Of a stretch of 32,521 bases of DNA, positions 24,462-32,521 are shown one piece after another; position 1 is the first letter of the stretch, and every line of letters starts with the position of its first letter. Both the position numbers and the translations under genes were made by a program. The notes beneath the pieces were generated by a model, which worked only from the letters and a program-made list of their open reading frames with translations, was not told the DNA's origin and did not search any database. This stretch comes from a virus (lineage: Duplodnaviria; Caudoviricetes), in the IMG/VR virus record IMGVR_UViG_3300033513_000038, positions 1 to 32,521 of that record; one strand, 5' to 3'.

Positions 24462-25294
24462 GCGTTTTCAGTGTGCCCGATGATGGATGCGGTAACGTGC
24501 GCGGCTTTGTCAGTTGTGACTTCAACGCCAATTATACCTCCGGCCGATATGACTCGCCCAGCTTTCAACGGAATCACAATCGGCCCATCCTGGCAACCGA
24601 TAGCGTTTGACGGCAACCAAAATGGAATTGATGCCGACCAGTTGACGATATGGAAAATTGTTTGCGCTGCGGCAGCACCACTATTGGAACTTGCGATAAT
24701 CTCATGCGGAACAAACACTTTTCCGGCGGGCACCATTCGATACGATGACGCTTGCACACGGTGCCCAATGGACATTGCGCCGTACGTCAGCCCACCGTTC
24801 GTTGCAGTTATCGCCCCGGCATTCTTTCCGCCAGAGCCGGCCGAAATCATGGCCATGGAATTGATAAATCTGATGTTTGTGGCAACAGTTAGAACTGGTG
24901 TCGTCCCGTTCAAAATCACAGTTTCGCTTTTTGCCGCCAATGTCCCATGCTCAATATATCCTATCGACAATGCTCGTGCACCAGTTCCGGCGGCGGCGTC
25001 GTTAGCACTGCTGGACACCACGGACATCTGCGCACCAGTCAGTGAGATATTAACAGCGCCAGCCTCATGCACTGGGAAATCTGTCACGGCTGCGCCAGCA
25101 ACATAATCCCCGTTGCTTGAAAATCCTGCCGCGCCGTCCACCGTGCCACGCATCACGGCCTCAGTGTAACTCATCGTAATCTGGTGCCCATCGTGGCCTC
25201 GTGCGGTCTGCATCACGCCGTTCGGCCCGCGCGTAGCTACTGCAATATACCGAACTTGCGATTGATCCACGCCGTCGTCAATAGTCAAACTCAT
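24458..25294 (-). CDS. Hypothetical beta-rich probable virion protein
   Basis: SSSANDAAAGTGAR..ETVILNGTTPV; coupled to both neighbours. Confidence 0.7.
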   Translation of the reverse strand: MSLTIDDGVDQSQVRYIAVATRGPNGVMQTARGHDGHQITMSYTEAVMRGTVDGAAGFSSNGDYVAGAAVTDFPVHEAGAVNISLTGAQMSVVSSSANDAAAGTGARALSIGYIEHGTLAAKSETVILNGTTPVLTVATNIRFINSMAMISAGSGGKNAGAITATNGGLTYGAMSIGHRVQASSYRMVPAGKVFVPHEIIASSNSGAAAAQTIFHIVNWSASIPFWLPSNAIGCQDGPIVIPLKAGRVISAGGIIGVEVTTDKAAHVTASIIGHTENA

Positions 25295-28200
25295 CTCACA
25301 CGCTCCGCAGGCAGGCCTTCTCTATCAAACTTGTCCAGAATCTTGCGTGACTTCTCGCTGCTGAGTGTGATGGCACCCTGCGACGCACGCAGGTCGGAGC
25401 GCAACCCCTGTATCTCGGCGAGCAGTGCCGGATCACTGCCACCGCCGTCCATGCGCACACCCAGTCGTCCATTCTTACGCGATAGAGGCATCACGGCTTC
25501 GTCGCCTGCCTCACCCATGACACCGAGCGAGAATCCTCCACCATTGGCAAATGCGAACGGTGTTGGCGATGAGAATACGCCGCCGTTGGCGAACGCATGA
25601 ACACCGCGCGGGCCGAATGCGTTGCCGTTTGCAGACCACAGGCCAAAGCTGGGTGGGGCGGGGAAACCCCCGCCACCGCCGCCACCCATGCCTGGCGGAT
25701 TCGGCAACGACTGAATCAGATCGCGCAATGCGCGCAATGGCTCCATCAGCAACTCGAACGCATTTTTCACATCGACCATTGGCGGCGTCATTGCCGAGAA
25801 CATCTTGCCAACAACGTCGAGTGGTTGCGCAAGCAGGCCAAACGCGTTTTTCACATCGACCATAGGTGGCAGAATGGCGTGCATGGCGTCTGCGAACTCT
25901 TGGAACGATGGTGGATTTGGTAGTGCCTCCCACACACGAACCATCTCGTCCAACATCCGTTGCGGAAGTTCCAGCATCAGTTGTGCGATTTGCAGAGCCT
26001 TCTCTTTGATCCAGTCGAGCAATTCCTGAAATTTTGCTTTCAACCAGTCGATCAATACGCTGAAACCTCCCTGCGTCACATCAGTCGGGGTTGCGCCTGG
26101 AACGACAGGATTGGCCGCTCCAAACCCAACCGTCCCTGCCGCTTCTTGCGCGAGTGTCTGAGCCGCAGTTGCGGTTGCCGCTCCGATAGTTGCCGCCGCA
26201 GCACCGCCCGCGAGTCCGAGCGCACGGTTGTAATCGACCAGTGTGGCGAACTTGTCTTTGCTGAATAGCGCGTTGATTTGACGATTCGCATCTGCGGCAG
26301 ACTTCGTGATCGTGTTGAACGAGTCCGAAACGGACAGCAGTTGCGCCACCACATCGGTATTGCCCAGTTCCATTTGCTGCTTGACTAGCGCGGCGAATTG
26401 CTCGTTCGTGCTCACACCTTCTATCCCGAGACGTGCGAACGTGCGGCCGACCTGATCCAGCGCAGGGGCCATTTGTTGCGCAGGGGTGAGGAAGTTCTTT
26501 ATGAAGCCTTGCGCGTTCGTGGTAAACGCCTGCAATCCGCCGGACGCGGCAATCAGCGCATCGCGGCCCGCCGCCGACCCGAGACCAAATCCGCCGAATG
26601 CCGCGCCTTGCGACACACCAAGCGCGGCGAGCAATTCGTTCGTCGCACGGAACGACTCAGTGACGCGCTTGGCAGTCTGCTCCAACGTTTCACCCTCACG
26701 ACTCAGCGAACGCAACGCCGGCACCAGGGCGTCTCCGAGTCCGTTAGACAGCGCGGCAAGAACGTCGCCGCTTGTCTTGATGTGCAGGTTGAAATCCTTG
26801 GTGCGAACGTCGGTTATGCCGATCATGTCGCCGGCTGCGGCGTATGTGGCGATCGACTCGTTGACAGCGTTATTCAGCGTGTTCGTCAGTGCTGTGCCGA
26901 GTGCTCCAAATTGCACATCAGCATTCGCCCAGATGAACGCCACGCGACCCGTGACGCCCTCTGCCGCCGATACCCATACCTCAGTCATTTTTGCAGTCAT
27001 GCGCACGGCCGCGTTGTCCAGCATCTTCATAATCACAGCGACGAACGCAGCGATTATCAGGCCCCAATAGCTACCCCCGCCGGATGTGTCGCTGGTCGCA
27101 GACGTACTCGTCTGCCCAGACATCGCCGCGGTATTGGCTTGGATCGCGGCAGTGTTGGCAGTCAACGTGGCGTCTTTGAATTGGAATATCGGCATCGCCT
27201 CCATCACTGCGGCCTTGATTTGCGGCTCGATCACCAGAGTCTTGAACGACTGTTTCATGCTGTCGGTAAAGCCCTGGACGAAACCCTTGCCGGACTCGAA
27301 GCCGGACATGATGCTTGACGATATGGCATCGCCCCATGCTTTCATGCGCTCGATGGCAAAGAGTTGATCGGCCAGCACCAACGCCTTCTTGTATGCGGCC
27401 GTCTGCTCGGCGATTTCCGCCTTGGACAGCTTCACCTTCATCTCGCTCTGTTGCGTGAGCAACTTCGCGTATTCCTTCTCGACATTTTGCCGATGAGTCA
27501 ACTTCTTGCCCTCGGCGTCGATGCTCGCTTGCAACTCGATGACAATTTGCTCCATGCGAGACGAATGGCCGGTCGTATCGGCCCTGCCACCAGGCTTCGA
27601 CACGATTTTTTTCTCACGCTCCGCGGCGGCATCCAACGCCACGATCTGTGCGTCAAGCATCCGAATACGACGCTCGCCAAACAAAATGTCGCGCTCATAA
27701 AATCCGCTCAACATCGAACCTTTCATGCTCGCAACGGCGGCGACTTCCATCTGACGCTGCGCACGCAACGAGTCGATCGACATGGCGCGGATTTTCTCTT
27801 GGAATTTGCCAACCTGGTCGATCATCTCGGTGAAATTGTTTTTCAATACGACCACAGCGGCAGTTATCGAGCCGAATGCGACCAACAACGGATTCGCCAC
27901 AATGAAGCGTTGCAGCGCAGTCCCGGCGTTGACGATGCTTCCTGTCAGGGTCATATTTGCCGCGGCCTGCGCAACGGCTGCGCGCGACGCGGCAACACTC
28001 GCGGCAGACGCGCCATACGTCATGTTCGTTTTGACCATCTCGGCCTGCGCAACGGCCAACGCGGCGGCTCGCTGCGCGACGAGTGCCATGACGTATCCGT
28101 ATATGACTTTGGACACACTCAGCGCGATATACGCCCCGGTGATAAGCACCAAGTCCTTCATGTACGTCGCAGTGATCCGCACGCCGTCCGCCAGCGCGTT

Positions 28201-28992
28201 GAACATGGCGATCGTGCCACCTGTGAATCCTGTGGCCTTCGCAAACTCGCCGACCAGCAGCAACAACTCGTTGCGCACGTTCGTCATCGCCCCGGTGATC
28301 GTCTGCGCGTTCTCGGCGTACTTTTTGAACTGCGCCGCAATCTCTGGGTTGCCCCACGCCTTTATCATCTCTGCGGCTGTGATCTTGCCAGCCATCGACA
28401 GGTTGCGCAGTTCGCCAATCGACACGCCCATACTGGTCGCCAGAACCTTCATCACGTTCGGCATAGCCTCCATGACGGCACGGAACTCTTCACCACCGAG
28501 CCGGTTCGCGCCCATCGCCTGCGACAGTTGCAGCGCCGCAGACGCAGCTTCCGCCGATGTTGCGCCGTATGCCTTGAGGCCGAACGTGACCGTCTCAGTT
28601 ACGGTTGCCAGCTTGCGCTGCGATACGCCCGTGCCGTCCATAGTGTTCATCAGGCGCGTGTAGAGCATACTCGTCGCAGATATGTCTGCCTGGGCGACCT
28701 GCGAGATGTGCCGGATGTCTACGAGTGCCTGGTTGTAGGATTGCTGGGATTTTGTACTCAGACGCAATTGCGCGTCGAGTTTGGTGTAGGAGTCAGAGAT
28801 TCCGCGCAACGTGTTGGCGATAACGCCGATGGATAACCCCATGCCGAGCGATTGCATCGCCTGTTTGGCACTGGCGACGGATTTTTCCACCTTGCCCATG
28901 CTGTCGCCAACGACACGCTCAGCACGGCGCATATCGTCCGACAAGCGGGCGATGTTGGCAAAAAGTAGGATTTCGAGTTGTCCGGCGATCAT
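25291..28992 (-). CDS. Tape measure protein (1233 aa)
   Basis: QLSQAMGANRLGGEEFRAVME tape-measure domain; Ala-rich; C-terminal FANGG..MGEAGDEAVMPL..GRLGV. Confidence 0.95.
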   Translation of the reverse strand: MIAGQLEILLFANIARLSDDMRRAERVVGDSMGKVEKSVASAKQAMQSLGMGLSIGVIANTLRGISDSYTKLDAQLRLSTKSQQSYNQALVDIRHISQVAQADISATSMLYTRLMNTMDGTGVSQRKLATVTETVTFGLKAYGATSAEAASAALQLSQAMGANRLGGEEFRAVMEAMPNVMKVLATSMGVSIGELRNLSMAGKITAAEMIKAWGNPEIAAQFKKYAENAQTITGAMTNVRNELLLLVGEFAKATGFTGGTIAMFNALADGVRITATYMKDLVLITGAYIALSVSKVIYGYVMALVAQRAAALAVAQAEMVKTNMTYGASAASVAASRAAVAQAAANMTLTGSIVNAGTALQRFIVANPLLVAFGSITAAVVVLKNNFTEMIDQVGKFQEKIRAMSIDSLRAQRQMEVAAVASMKGSMLSGFYERDILFGERRIRMLDAQIVALDAAAEREKKIVSKPGGRADTTGHSSRMEQIVIELQASIDAEGKKLTHRQNVEKEYAKLLTQQSEMKVKLSKAEIAEQTAAYKKALVLADQLFAIERMKAWGDAISSSIMSGFESGKGFVQGFTDSMKQSFKTLVIEPQIKAAVMEAMPIFQFKDATLTANTAAIQANTAAMSGQTSTSATSDTSGGGSYWGLIIAAFVAVIMKMLDNAAVRMTAKMTEVWVSAAEGVTGRVAFIWANADVQFGALGTALTNTLNNAVNESIATYAAAGDMIGITDVRTKDFNLHIKTSGDVLAALSNGLGDALVPALRSLSREGETLEQTAKRVTESFRATNELLAALGVSQGAAFGGFGLGSAAGRDALIAASGGLQAFTTNAQGFIKNFLTPAQQMAPALDQVGRTFARLGIEGVSTNEQFAALVKQQMELGNTDVVAQLLSVSDSFNTITKSAADANRQINALFSKDKFATLVDYNRALGLAGGAAAATIGAATATAAQTLAQEAAGTVGFGAANPVVPGATPTDVTQGGFSVLIDWLKAKFQELLDWIKEKALQIAQLMLELPQRMLDEMVRVWEALPNPPSFQEFADAMHAILPPMVDVKNAFGLLAQPLDVVGKMFSAMTPPMVDVKNAFELLMEPLRALRDLIQSLPNPPGMGGGGGGGFPAPPSFGLWSANGNAFGPRGVHAFANGGVFSSPTPFAFANGGGFSLGVMGEAGDEAVMPLSRKNGRLGVRMDGGGSDPALLAEIQGLRSDLRASQGAITLSSEKSRKILDKFDREGLPAERVR

Positions 28993-29441
28993 TCCGCCAT
29001 CTCCTTGACCGCCTGTTGCATCCTGATCGACATGTACAGCCCCGCATACGGCGCGGCAGGCCACGGGCACGGGCGGTTCGGCTCAGTCGCGGCTTGTGCT
29101 TCCGACAGATATTCGCGCGACAGACGTTTCACGGCACGTGCCTCCCATGATTGCAGTTCGATTCCGGTGTTGCGTTGCCACGATTCTATCTCGGTATCGG
29201 GCAGGGGTGACTCCCCCATGCCGCCCGCCAGAGTCGGGCCAATTTCAAAGAGATACCCGACAAGATACGCCGCGTCACATTCTGGCATGTCCAACACGTC
29301 CTGATCGAGCGCCTTCGTCAACACTTCCCTACGTGGCGGCTGGCGTTTGTCAGACCCTTTCGGGGCGTCCGGCACGGCATCAAGCCACGCCGCGTGCCGG
29401 ACGTACAGCGTCAGTTCGTCGCGGAGGGCTTGGAAAAATTT
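28989..29441 (-). CDS. Tail assembly chaperone, frameshift extension (gpGT-like)
   Basis: -1 frame entered at slippery A-AAT-TTT (29435-29441); ends at an ATGA overlap with the tape measure gene. Confidence 0.8.
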   Translation of the reverse strand, partial: KFFQALRDELTLYVRHAAWLDAVPDAPKGSDKRQPPRREVLTKALDQDVLDMPECDAAYLVGYLFEIGPTLAGGMGESPLPDTEIESWQRNTGIELQSWEARAVKRLSREYLSEAQAATEPNRPCPWPAAPYAGLYMSIRMQQAVKEMAE

Positions 29442-29812
29442 GCCCAGTCGCCGATGTGTTTCGCAACCTGATCGGCGATGAAGCCAATCTCGATGTCGGA
29501 ATACACGGCGTTCGCCATCGCAGCGCCGGTCAGATCGCCGTAAGACACGTTCTCGAACGACGCTGTGCATTCGGTCAGGAACTCGGCCTGTTCTGCACGC
29601 TTCTGCTCGGCGGTCTGGTCAGTCTTGCCCTTGCGCTTCAAGCTGTCCAACATACGGTTTTGCTGCGCTGCTTGCGCCTTGGCGAATTGCTTGGAGCCGG
29701 GGCCGTAGATGGTCACGGTGACAGGTTTTTCGCCATCAAACATCAGTTCGTCAGCAGCATCGCGCAGATGCAGAATGGTGGTAGGTTGTACGGCCTTGGT
29801 GCGGATGTCCAT
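29411..29812 (-). CDS. Tail assembly chaperone (gpG-like)
   Basis: Between tail tube and tape measure genes; ends ..DWANF at the slippery site; AAGGAG RBS. Confidence 0.88.
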   Translation of the reverse strand: MDIRTKAVQPTTILHLRDAADELMFDGEKPVTVTIYGPGSKQFAKAQAAQQNRMLDSLKRKGKTDQTAEQKRAEQAEFLTECTASFENVSYGDLTGAAMANAVYSDIEIGFIADQVAKHIGDWANFSKPSATN

Positions 29813-29920
29813 TTTGATACTCCTTCGCGGGTTGATAAGAAGGCCCCGTGCTGGCGGCCGGATACTGCTAGTACGCGGCAAGTGCGCCAGCGAAGGCGAC
29901 ACCGCCGCGCCTATGCTCGG

Positions 29921-30385
29921 TTATGCCTGCGGCACGATTACCGGCTTGCGGCAGATGGCGAAGCTGATGTTCTTCTTGTGCACATCGTTCACGGTGCCAC
30001 CAGCATCTTCGAACTTGAACACCAGCACATCCAGATAGTGAACGGAGGTGTCGGCGTAGGTGAGCTTGATGCTGTAGTGCGCGCTGGACTCGGCGGCAGT
30101 CTCGGCGATGTCCTGACCCGCATCGCTCGGCAGAGCGGCCAGAGTCAAGTCCATGTTGCCGTAGTTCTTTGAACCCTTGATCTTTGTCACGACTGCCGTG
30201 TCGATCGGCGTGAACTCGGTCACGGTGGCAGTCACGCCATGATTGCCGAAGTTCTCGATCTGGCCGATGGCGGTGTAAGTGATGCTTGTTGCACCATAGC
30301 CGGCGGCGTCGTATGTTGCGGGGAGAGTGGCGCTGATTGCTACGGTAGCGCCCGAGAGAGCTTCAATTACTGTACGTTCTGCCAT
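29921..30385 (-). CDS. Major tail (tube) protein
   Basis: PATYDAAGY..KIKGSKNYG..DAGQ; position; AAAGGA RBS. Confidence 0.88.
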   Translation of the reverse strand: MAERTVIEALSGATVAISATLPATYDAAGYGATSITYTAIGQIENFGNHGVTATVTEFTPIDTAVVTKIKGSKNYGNMDLTLAALPSDAGQDIAETAAESSAHYSIKLTYADTSVHYLDVLVFKFEDAGGTVNDVHKKNISFAICRKPVIVPQA

Positions 30386-30515
30386 GATCGTTCCTTTCTC
30401 TAGCGCCATCGCGGCGTTAAGTTAATGGGCTGAACCGGCGCATCACTGCGTTAGGTTCAGGTGCTACATACCTACATTGCGCCATCCTACCACAAGTTAT
30501 TGATGGGGGCGCAAG

Positions 30516-30662
30516 TTATTCCAAACGTGACGCTACCGCTTGTTCAAGTGTCTCAATTCTGTGCCGCATCGCATCCTTCGCGTGTTTTGGTATCGCAGGA
30601 TCGAGTGTCATTCCGCGCAACATGTTCGCAGTTTCCTCAATCAATTGTAGCAGTTCTTCCAT
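30516..30662 (-). CDS. Small 48-aa inserted gene MEELLQLIEETANMLRGMTLDPAIPKHAKDAMRHRIETLEQAVASRLE
   Basis: GGAGGT RBS; not in the ORF track; lies between tail terminator and tail tube genes. Confidence 0.7.
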   Translation of the reverse strand: MEELLQLIEETANMLRGMTLDPAIPKHAKDAMRHRIETLEQAVASRLE

Positions 30663-30687
30663 TTACCACCTCCAAATTACGCAAGGG

Positions 30688-31086
30688 CTATCTGTGCCAC
30701 CGCACCAAATAATCCGCTGCCTGCTCATACACCAGCGTCACGTCGTCGAAAATATCAGGCCCCTCGCCGGCCGGCACGATCGACTCACACGTGAAACCGT
30801 TGACCGTGCCGTGTGCGTTTGCCAGTGCCGTGCGGATCAACGCGAGAATAGATTTCTGCGTAGGGTAGGTCGTGGCGTAAAGCGTAACCTGGACGCGCTC
30901 GGTCATCAGGGTCGTATTTGACATGTTGACGTTCGTGCTCGGCACATTGCTCACACTCGTCACGCCGATGGCAGGCAACGTCGCGTTGAGCGGGATCGGG
31001 CCGGAGAATATGCGCGCAGCGGGAACCTGCGCGATCAGCGCCGCGTTGGTCTTGAGTTTGTACCATGCGATAGCCGTGCCGCTCAT
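30688..31086 (-). CDS. Tail completion/terminator protein (gp17/DUF3168-like)
   Basis: ARIFSGPIPLNATLPAI..ERVQVTLYA; position. Confidence 0.82.
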   Translation of the reverse strand: MSGTAIAWYKLKTNAALIAQVPAARIFSGPIPLNATLPAIGVTSVSNVPSTNVNMSNTTLMTERVQVTLYATTYPTQKSILALIRTALANAHGTVNGFTCESIVPAGEGPDIFDDVTLVYEQAADYLVRWHR

Positions 31087-31604
31087 TCTTCCTTCTCCAC
31101 GGTGATGTCGGACAGTGCGTTATCCAGCCCGCCGCGAGTCTCCAACCGACGATAAACCCACTTGCCGATAGCCACCAGCGCGTCAGCTTGCGCAGTGTCG
31201 GCGGCGGGGCGCAGGAACGGATGCGGCCGCGCGCCAGGATGGAACCCGCGACGACCGTTCGCGTGCGGCTTCGTGCCATATTCAACCCATGAGGCGTAGA
31301 ACACGTCCGCACCGCCCTTGGTCTTTGTGCCACCTGCCCGGATGTACGCCGTGACGCGCCCGCGCCGACTGCGACCGCCTACACGGATGCTGTCGCGTAG
31401 CGCCCCGGCATATCCGCCATACCGCTCACGGTTACGGTCGGACGGCGCGGCGACAGGGACGTTTGCGCGGGCCTGGTCGGCGATAACTTTGGCACCTTGG
31501 CGCATGGCGGCGCGCATGATGTTCACCTCCATCTTGACCGGCAGGGATTGCAGCAGGGCGTTCAATTCTTTCAGCCCGGTAACGTGCTGGTCAGCCACAA
31601 TCAT
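31083..31604 (-). CDS. HK97 gp10-like tail component
   Basis: GLKEL..L..L..R.A...A..P..G.LRDSI..YA.WVEYGT..PHPFLRPA. Confidence 0.9.
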   Translation of the reverse strand: MIVADQHVTGLKELNALLQSLPVKMEVNIMRAAMRQGAKVIADQARANVPVAAPSDRNRERYGGYAGALRDSIRVGGRSRRGRVTAYIRAGGTKTKGGADVFYASWVEYGTKPHANGRRGFHPGARPHPFLRPAADTAQADALVAIGKWVYRRLETRGGLDNALSDITVEKEE

Positions 31605-31933
31605 ACCCTCTCGATCATCAGTTCGATACCGTCCCGCACGCCGATTTCCGCCGGCCCGCCAATAATTGACCACGTTTGTTCGGTCGGACGCATCAGCACC
31701 ACGCGCATATCGGTCGTCACGTCCGAGCGATACCTCATCCGCATTCTGCACCGAACCTTCATCATGGACAAGCCGTTGCGGATTTGCTCGTCGCGGCTCG
31801 GCATCGAATCGACCAGATTGCACCAGACGACGGCGAGCGTTTGCCACGTTACGACATCCGTGCCGTAAGTGGGGTCTTGGCTTACGACACGCTTTTCAAT
31901 CCTGGCGCGTTTGTCGAGCGCGCCTATGTCCAC
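31601..31933 (-). CDS. Head closure / head-tail adaptor (SPP1 gp16-like)
   Basis: GALDKR..IE..W...A.VW..MRYRSDVTTDMRV. Confidence 0.9.
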   Translation of the reverse strand: MDIGALDKRARIEKRVVSQDPTYGTDVVTWQTLAVVWCNLVDSMPSRDEQIRNGLSMMKVRCRMRMRYRSDVTTDMRVVLMRPTEQTWSIIGGPAEIGVRDGIELMIERV

Positions 31934-32430
31934 GATTTGCCTCGCTTTGGCGCAGCCGGCGGTGCGTAGAACTCGACAGTGACCCCGCGCGCGGATAACT
32001 CGGCGATCAGCGCCGGCAGCGCGGCGGCGGTCAGGCCGGCATAGCCGAACTCAGCATTGAACGCGTCGTATGCCGCCGGATCAAAGCCTGACAGCAATAT
32101 CCGCGCAGCACCACAGTCGGCGGCGATGCGGATGGCCGATATGCCGTTGTTGCGGAAATGAACGCCGCGCGTCACTTCATACGGTAGCGGGATATAGAGC
32201 GCATCGGTGCGATCCACCGGGATGCCGACAACACGCAGTCCGGTGAAATCTGCGTCGGTGCCGGGGCAGTGCGGAGGTACTTTACCGTCGATCATCACCA
32301 GCATGTCGGCGGACGGCGCGGCGCATATTCCGCTGCTGGCTGCGATCACATAATCGGCGGGCGGAACGGTTGCGCCAGGTGCGCCGCCGATGATGGCGAC
32401 GGTTTTTCCGGTCAAATCAGGCAACTTCAT
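31924..32430 (-). CDS. Rossmann-like, glycosyltransferase-related protein
   Basis: KTVAIIGGAP..NNGISAIRIA..GAARILLSGFD resembles sialyltransferase/MAF-like folds. Confidence 0.55.
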   Translation of the reverse strand: MKLPDLTGKTVAIIGGAPGATVPPADYVIAASSGICAAPSADMLVMIDGKVPPHCPGTDADFTGLRVVGIPVDRTDALYIPLPYEVTRGVHFRNNGISAIRIAADCGAARILLSGFDPAAYDAFNAEFGYAGLTAAALPALIAELSARGVTVEFYAPPAAPKRGKSWT

Positions 32431-32521
32431 ATCGTAACCCTCCCTTGCACACGCTCGGGATCGAGCATGTAGTCGATGTATGGTTGCGGAATTTGTGTCA
32501 GCGCGGCCCGCCCGGTCGAAA
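32427..32521 (-). CDS. Head-tail connector, C-terminal end (partial)
   Basis: Reads ..LTQIPQPYIDYMLDPERVQGRVTI-stop; ATGA overlap with the next gene. Confidence 0.65.
   Translation of the reverse strand, partial: STGRAALTQIPQPYIDYMLDPERVQGRVTI

Noticed and set aside
25755-25870. Duplicated PPMVDVKNAF segment in the tape measure protein
   Set aside because: Internal repeats are routine in tape measure proteins
26398-28836. Long plus-strand ORFs opposite the tape measure gene
   Set aside because: Antisense shadows typical of GC-rich coding DNA; no RBS or recognisable motifs

Overview
A 32.5-kb segment of a tailed dsDNA phage (siphovirus-type, Gram-negative host because it has spanins). Left end (1-2700): small leftward early genes, sigma70 promoters, four tandem-repeat arrays, two homologous hairpin/terminator modules and a likely replication origin. 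Middle (2700-19630): a divergent replication module split at a bidirectional promoter near 10 kb. Leftward genes are an SF2 helicase, VRR-NUC nuclease, DNA methyltransferase, TetR-like HTH, PD-(D/E)XK nuclease and a prim-pol/helicase. Rightward genes are a DUF3310 protein, a Cas4-like DUF2800 nuclease split in two by an HNH endonuclease gene, an SSB, a SpoT/Mesh1-like HD hydrolase and a family B polymerase. Right part (19620-32521, minus strand): head-tail joining, tail tube, frameshifted tail chaperone, tape measure, tail tip/fibre and lysis genes. No integrase, tRNA or true CRISPR array was seen. The most notable observations are the intron-less split Cas4-like nuclease, a 13-bp operator shared by four promoters, the array-plus-terminator modules, two leaders whose hairpin loops are complementary to the ribosome-binding region, and a PolB lacking the motif B aromatic residue. 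All family assignments come from motif recognition by eye; no searches were run.
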